A stretch of DNA of 64,000 nucleotides from a virus (taxonomy: Duplodnaviria > Caudoviricetes): positions 64,001-128,000 of IMG/VR virus record IMGVR_UViG_3300014204_000122; one strand, written 5' to 3'. This document shows positions 59,756-64,000 of the stretch, in pieces. The notes under the pieces were generated by a model. The model was not told where the DNA came from. It ran no database searches and saw nothing but the letters and a program-made list of their open reading frames with translations. The position numbers and the translations under genes are program-made. Position 1 is the stretch's first letter. The number at the start of each line of letters is the position of its first letter.

Positions 59756-59782
59756 CAATTAAAATAATAGTTATTATAAAAT

Positions 59783-59853
59783 AGATCTATGGTGTAGTGG
59801 TAACATTTTGAGCTCCAACCTCAACGTCCTGCGTTCGAATCGTAGTGGGTCTG
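59783..59853 (+). tRNA. tRNA-Trp(CCA)
   Basis: TTGAG-CTCCAAC-CTCAA; G73. Confidence 0.9.
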
Positions 59854-59871
59854 CAAAAAAATAAAACATAT

Positions 59872-59956
59872 GTCACGTTCGACTAGCGGTCCAGGTCGCC
59901 AGGTTTTCATCCTGGTTAGAGAAATCTTAACATCGGTTCAAATCCGATACGTGATA
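59872..59956 (+). tRNA. tRNA-Glu(UUC) with long variable arm
   Basis: CCAGG-TTTTCAT-CCTGG; V arm containing AGA-GAAA-TCT. Confidence 0.85.
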
Positions 59957-59980
59957 CTGTAGATAAAATAAATAAAATAA

Positions 59981-60052
59981 CACCCGTTCGACAAGTGGTT
60001 AAGTCGTCAGGTTTTCAACCTGGAGTCACGAGTTCAAATCTCGTACGGGTGA
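59981..60052 (+). tRNA. tRNA-Glu(UUC)
   Basis: TCAGG-TTTTCAA-CCTGG. Confidence 0.9.
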
Positions 60053-60058
60053 CTAAAT

Positions 60059-60130
60059 AGTTCGGTGGTACAATGGTGGTATAACTCGTTGTCTGCGAGA
60101 TGGTTAGGGGTTCAAGTCCCCTCCGAACTG
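60059..60130 (+). tRNA. tRNA-Asp(GUC)
   Basis: CTCG-TTGTCTG-CGAG; G73. Confidence 0.85.
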
Positions 60131-60255
60131 CAATAAATTAAATAAATAAATAAAAATTAAATTATAAGTAAAATGAAAAAACAAATTAAGCAAGTCAAAC
60201 TTTAGAACAACACCTCTATCAAGGATACGTGTTGTAAAAATTAAAAAATTACAAT

Positions 60256-60328
60256 GCGTTCGTAGCTCAATTGGTGGAGCACTCGACTTTTGATCGAGGG
60301 GCTGTGAGTTCAATTCTCACCGGACGTA
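60256..60328 (+). tRNA. tRNA-Lys(UUU), G37
   Basis: CTCGA-CTTTTGA-TCGAG. Confidence 0.88.
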
Positions 60329-60335
60329 CAAGTAT

Positions 60336-60427
60336 GCGTTTGTTCGCTTAGCCCGGTCGAAAGCACCACTCTTTTAAAGTGGATAGTTATTATAACTACA
60401 TCGTAGGTTCAAATCCTACCAGACGTA
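60336..60427 (+). tRNA. tRNA-Lys(UUU) with long variable arm
   Basis: CCACT-CTTTTAA-AGTGG; V arm TAGTTA-TTA-TAACTA. Confidence 0.85.
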
Positions 60428-60438
60428 CTTAATTATAT

Positions 60439-60514
60439 AGAGGTATAGCTCAGCCCGGTTTAGAGCAACTCTTTTACACAGAGAAGGTCGTTGGTTCGAA
60501 TCCAGCTATCTCTA
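60439..60514 (+). tRNA. tRNA-Val(UAC)
   Basis: CTCT-TTTACAC-AGAG. Confidence 0.9.
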
Positions 60515-60527
60515 CAAAAAAATAAAT

Positions 60528-60599
60528 GGTCTATTGGTGTTAATGGTAACATGCTACACTGTCTATGTAGTGCTTTCGGTTCGAATCCGTGATAGACCG
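60528..60599 (+). tRNA. tRNA-Asp(GUC)
   Basis: CTACA-CTGTCTA-TGTAG; G73. Confidence 0.88.
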
Positions 60600-60609
60600 C
60601 ACAATATAT

Positions 60610-60684
60610 TGGAATATAGCTCAGCCCGGTCAGAGCGCGAAACTGATACTTTCGATGTCGGGGGTTCAAATCCCTCTATTCCAA
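60610..60684 (+). tRNA. tRNA-Ile(GAU)
   Basis: CGAAA-CTGATAC-TTTCG. Confidence 0.9.
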
Positions 60685-60762
60685 CATTTTAAAGTAATAA
60701 TTAATTAAAAAAAATAAAAAAATGAAAACAATAATTGGAGGTGACAGCTTGGTCGCGATTTA

Positions 60763-61239
60763 ATGAAAGAACAAAGAATTCAACTTAAAAAGAAACAAAT
60801 TGATAGTAAAAATCATAGAAAGTTACAAAAATATTCTACTAATTTTAATGAAATATTTTCTTTTTTTTTAAAAAGCTATAGAAAAGGAATTTTAACCTTT
60901 TGTGGATCAAACGTTGAAGTAGATTTTGATTATAATGAAGGAAACAGTAAGTTTTGTTTTAGAAAGTATGATAATGGTGAATATAAGTTCCAATCTATTA
61001 AATCTAAACATCCAAATATTTTAAAATCAGTAATTATAGGAAAGAAAAGTTGGGGATTATTTTTACAACAATGGTCAGATGGTATAGTTGATTGGAGTTT
61101 TACAGAAGAAGAAATTTTACAAGAGTTTAAAGATAATAATATAACAATTCCTGAACCTTTGTTAAAAGATTTTCGTAATGTTATTTTAAAAAAGAAAATT
61201 AAAAGAAATGATGAATATTTAAAAAACTGGAGGTTATAA
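60763..61239 (+). CDS. hypothetical protein inside tRNA array 3
   Basis: 158-aa ORF co-oriented with the tRNAs. Confidence 0.65.
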   Translation: MKEQRIQLKKKQIDSKNHRKLQKYSTNFNEIFSFFLKSYRKGILTFCGSNVEVDFDYNEGNSKFCFRKYDNGEYKFQSIKSKHPNILKSVIIGKKSWGLFLQQWSDGIVDWSFTEEEILQEFKDNNITIPEPLLKDFRNVILKKKIKRNDEYLKNWRL

Positions 61240-61437
61240 ATGAAATTAAAAACATTAGAAGAAAAGGAAGATTATTTAAAACAATTAGCAAAAGAAAGAA
61301 ATTATAAAAATCTTAATTTAACATTAAATCCAAATAAAAATATTACAAAAGAAATGATCATAGATGATTTAATATTTTTATTTGAATTAAAAAGAGATAA
61401 GAAAATGAAATTAATTTTTACAACTAAAGGTAAATAA
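61240..61437 (+). CDS. hypothetical protein inside tRNA array 3
   Basis: 65-aa ORF abutting the previous ORF. Confidence 0.55.
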   Translation: MKLKTLEEKEDYLKQLAKERNYKNLNLTLNPNKNITKEMIIDDLIFLFELKRDKKMKLIFTTKGK

Positions 61438-61514
61438 TTTTTAAAGAAGTATTTGTGAACATTAACACAATGGTAGTAAAAATGTTGATTTTCGGTAATA
61501 AGAACCGTTTTTTA

Positions 61515-61588
61515 GGAGAATTAACTCAGCTGACTAGAGTACCTACCTTGCACGTAGGAGGTCATCGGTTTGAATCCGATATTCTCCA
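61515..61588 (+). tRNA. tRNA-Ala(UGC), A3:U70
   Basis: CCTAC-CTTGCAC-GTAGG; acceptor GGAGAAT/ATTCTCC. Confidence 0.85.
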
Positions 61589-61596
61589 CAAATAAT

Positions 61597-61668
61597 GCAA
61601 GAGTAGCTCAGGGATAGAGCGATTGATTACCAATCAATAGGTCGGGATTTTGAAACTCCTCTCTTGCT
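61597..61668 (+). tRNA. tRNA-Gly(ACC)
   Basis: ATTGA-TTACCAA-TCAAT; G1:C72, C2:G71, U73. Confidence 0.82.
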
Positions 61669-61778
61669 CAAATTTTCTCTCCCAAAACAAGATAAATAGG
61701 TAGGAGGTAGGTGTGTTAAATCTTTTAACATAAATTTTAAAGTTTTTCTTTTAATTTATCTTGTTTTTTATTATTTTT

Positions 61779-61851
61779 GCAAAATGTAGCTTAATTGGCT
61801 AAAGCACTTGTCTTCCAAACAGGGGATGCGGATCGTACCCGACATTTTGCT
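61779..61851 (+). tRNA. tRNA-Gly(UCC)
   Basis: CTTGT-CTTCCAA-ACAGG; acceptor GCAAAATG/CATTTTGC; U73. Confidence 0.82.
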
Positions 61852-61886
61852 CATTTAGTTGTAGGATCTATAAAACCTTCATATTT

Positions 61887-61959
61887 GCCGAAATAACACA
61901 ATTGGTAGTGTAGTTGATTTGTAATCAACAGGTTAGGAGTTCAAATCTCCTTTTCGGCT
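61887..61959 (+). tRNA. tRNA-Thr(UGU)
   Basis: GTTGA-TTTGTAA-TCAAC. Confidence 0.92.
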
Positions 61960-61970
61960 CAAAATTATAT

Positions 61971-62053
61971 TGCGGTGTGCCTGAAGTTGGTATCAGTGAG
62001 GTCTCATAAACCTCTGTCGTTTGACCTCGCGGGTTCGAGTCCCGCTGCCGCAA
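61971..62053 (+). tRNA. tRNA-Met(CAU) with long variable arm
   Basis: GAGGT-CTCATAA-ACCTC; V arm GTC-GTTT-GAC; fMet-like acceptor and T arm. Confidence 0.82.
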
Positions 62054-62063
62054 CAAAAAATAT

Positions 62064-62137
62064 GCACATATGCTCGAGTGGTTTATGGGGCTGGTCTGCA
62101 AAACCAGTATTCGATGGTTCAAATCCATCTATGTGCT
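62064..62137 (+). tRNA. tRNA-Cys(GCA)
   Basis: CTGGT-CTGCAAA-ACCAG; U73. Confidence 0.92.
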
Positions 62138-62267
62138 CAAAAATATACCAATATGCTTATTTTTTCTTATTTTATTTAAAAGATGTTTAAAATTTTTGAA
62201 GGTAATAAATAAATTCTTATTTTTAAACTATAAATATAAATGATAGAAAAGAATAAATCAAAAAAAT

Positions 62268-63227
62268 ATGAGTACAAAAAAAACTACCGACTTTGTTATA
62301 CCTAATGAATTAGAATCTATTACTCAAGAAATGTTAATAGAATATTGTTTAACACAACCATTTCCAGGAAGTGCAAAATGGGAATCTCAAAACCCAATAT
62401 GGGATGCATTTTTGCCTGGAAGTATGTCACCTAGAGATGCTTGGTTTGATAGAGATAAAATAACTAAAGCAGTTAAGAATATGTATTGGATAATAGGGAA
62501 AGGCGAAAAAGAAGGTAAATATTATGATTTTAATCAAAAACATAGAGATTCTTTAAAAACTTGTATTGTAGAGAATAATAAAATTACACATGCTGATATT
62601 GGTATATTGTATAAAGTTTTAACTCGATTTACGGTAGCAAAAATTGCTCCTAAAGTTACTGCCTTACGTTATTATAACATGTACAATATTATAAAAGAAT
62701 CTAACATAGATATTTCTTCTGGAGTGTATATGCCAATGGCAGGTTTTGGAGGAATTAAAGAGGCAGCTGAAGTTTGGTATAAAGAAAATAAAATACAAAA
62801 ACAAAAAGATAATTGGGATTATTTAATTGAAACTTATGATATAAACGCTAGTTTTTGCAATTATTATGGTTGGGAAAAGCGTGATATGCTAGCTCAGGTT
62901 ATAGAAACCGATAAAACTTGTTTAGTTTGTCCTCCTTTTGGAAAAAAATATGAACATTGGAAAGGAACTCCTGATGATATGGCAGATATAACATTTATAG
63001 AATGGTATGATTTAATAAAAAAACATGTAAAAGCAAAAAACTATATAATTGTTGGTCCTGAGATTGATTTTACAAATAGTGGTTCAAACAAAGGGGTAGA
63101 CTCTGAAGGAAATAGACGCTGTAGTTTATTCTCTAAAACTGTTGGGATAATGTTGTGGACGGATGAAATGATAGCTTTTTTTAAAAATAATAAAGAAGCT
63201 AGAGTTAAAGCAGGAATTAAAGAATAA
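62268..63227 (+). CDS. putative amino-methyltransferase-like protein
   Basis: VYMPMAGFGG (motif I-like), YDIN, LVCPPF (motif IV-like). Confidence 0.5.
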   Translation: MSTKKTTDFVIPNELESITQEMLIEYCLTQPFPGSAKWESQNPIWDAFLPGSMSPRDAWFDRDKITKAVKNMYWIIGKGEKEGKYYDFNQKHRDSLKTCIVENNKITHADIGILYKVLTRFTVAKIAPKVTALRYYNMYNIIKESNIDISSGVYMPMAGFGGIKEAAEVWYKENKIQKQKDNWDYLIETYDINASFCNYYGWEKRDMLAQVIETDKTCLVCPPFGKKYEHWKGTPDDMADITFIEWYDLIKKHVKAKNYIIVGPEIDFTNSGSNKGVDSEGNRRCSLFSKTVGIMLWTDEMIAFFKNNKEARVKAGIKE

Positions 63228-63275
63228 TACACATAAAAATGTATTACAATATGAAAAAATTTTATAATTGTTTAT

Positions 63276-63339
63276 AGATTTTTATAAGATTTTTATAAGA
63301 TTTTTATAAGATTTTTATAAGATTTTTATAAGATTTTTA
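63276..63339. repeat. 11-bp tandem repeat (AGATTTTTATA) x5.8
   Basis: Read directly in the intergenic gap between convergent genes. Confidence 0.9.
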
Positions 63340-63382
63340 GATCATATATTACCAATATGTAAATTTTTTTTCTTTATTCATT

Positions 63383-63697
63383 TTAATATTTTATATTTAA
63401 AAATTTTGCCACAGTATCAAATTGTTTATAACTCATCCAATCAATCCACAAAATCCAATTATATTTCTCGCTAGGTTTTGTTAAAGGTATAATTTTTTTG
63501 CCATTACTTAAAAAATCAATATTGTTTTCTAATTCTTCTTTAGTAATACCATTCATGAAAATTCGATCTTCTTGAAAATCAAAATCTATTTTTTGCTGAT
63601 TTATATTTTCCCTCAAAATTACTTTCTTACCAGAAATTCTTTCTATTTTTTCGGTAAGTAATTGTATCTCTAATTGTTTTTCTTTTTCTGTTTTCAT
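63383..63697 (-). CDS. tagged putative internal head protein
   Basis: MKTEKEKQLEIQLLTEKIERISGKKVILRE. Confidence 0.75.
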   Translation of the reverse strand: MKTEKEKQLEIQLLTEKIERISGKKVILRENINQQKIDFDFQEDRIFMNGITKEELENNIDFLSNGKKIIPLTKPSEKYNWILWIDWMSYKQFDTVAKFLNIKY

Positions 63698-63712
63698 TAT
63701 TTTTTAAATTTT

Positions 63713-64000
63713 TTATTTAACATTAGAAGATCCGACACGTATAAATTTTCCAACATTATTAGCATCTTTTGTTTTTAGAACTATAGTTGTTTTTTCATCA
63801 CTTTCTAGTTTTGTAATTGTATATTTAGAGGGATATCCGTTATTAGATTTTTCTATAACTTGATATTTTTCTTTAGTATCTTTATTTGTAAAAAGATGAA
63901 CAGCTTTATAACTCCAAGATCCCACATTACGTGTTGTATGACTATCTTCTTGTGTTAAAACAAATCCAGCTTTTTTAAATTCATATTTTAAATTCTCCCA
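63713..64000 (-). CDS. partial hypothetical protein (5' end outside window)
   Basis: Frame stays open from 63925 to the window edge (WENLKYEF..). Confidence 0.6.
   Translation of the reverse strand, partial: WENLKYEFKKAGFVLTQEDSHTTRNVGSWSYKAVHLFTNKDTKEKYQVIEKSNNGYPSKYTITKLESDEKTTIVLKTKDANNVGKFIRVGSSNVK

Noticed and set aside
61971-62053. Canonical initiator tRNA-fMet
   Set aside because: Anticodon stem is GAGGT/ACCTC rather than three consecutive G:C pairs next to the loop, position 1:72 is paired, and it has a long V arm; initiator status cannot be asserted
60104-62190. ORFs 60104-60313, 60460-60669, 61925-62128 and 61975-62190
   Set aside because: Overlap tRNA genes; spurious translations
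176-63232. Short shadow ORFs (176, 5593, 8027, 9125, 19760, 22691, 41970, 42561, 43901, 46030, 46821, 50361, 52120, 55766, 56383, 57327, 63041)
   Set aside because: Antisense to or nested in well-supported genes, with F/L/S/I-rich shadow composition
63276-63339. CRISPR array
   Set aside because: Contiguous 11-bp units with no spacers; the Cas4-like gene at 310-1260 is a stand-alone phage nuclease with no other cas genes
1-64000. Stop-codon reassignment (alternative genetic code), as in some large phages
   Set aside because: Genes are long and intact in code 11, TAG and TAA both terminate genes, and no CUA/UUA/UCA suppressor tRNA is present

Overview
Very AT-rich window from a large T4-like (myovirus-type, jumbo-like) phage using the standard genetic code. 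The host is probably Bacteroidota, inferred from absent Shine-Dalgarno motifs, A-rich translation starts, TTTG...TAnnTTT promoter-like elements and boxA-like GTTC(T/A)TTGA. It contains the head module (portal, prohead protease, acidic scaffold, major capsid protein), baseplate/tail genes, a GH19 lysozyme-hub fusion, primase, FolE2, glycosyl/methyltransferases, and a terminase split into two genes by an atypically split intein. About 16 ORFs share a 'KEKQLEIQLLTEKIQRISGKKVVLxE' tag. Three tRNA arrays hold 36 tRNAs plus 2 tRNA-like RNAs. The main observation is that each array is preceded by a 28-30 codon leader ORF (absent from the ORF track), then an intrinsic terminator whose 5' arm can instead pair with the 3' part of the leader. 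Each leader's codons match the tRNAs of its own array: Ile-AUA/Gln/Pro/Arg-CGN; Ser/Leu/His; and the other 15 amino acids. This looks like a ribosome-mediated attenuation system that senses host tRNA depletion and switches on the matching phage tRNA set. Many of those tRNAs have non-canonical bodies, such as long variable arms on Pro, Gln, His, Arg, Glu, Lys and Met.
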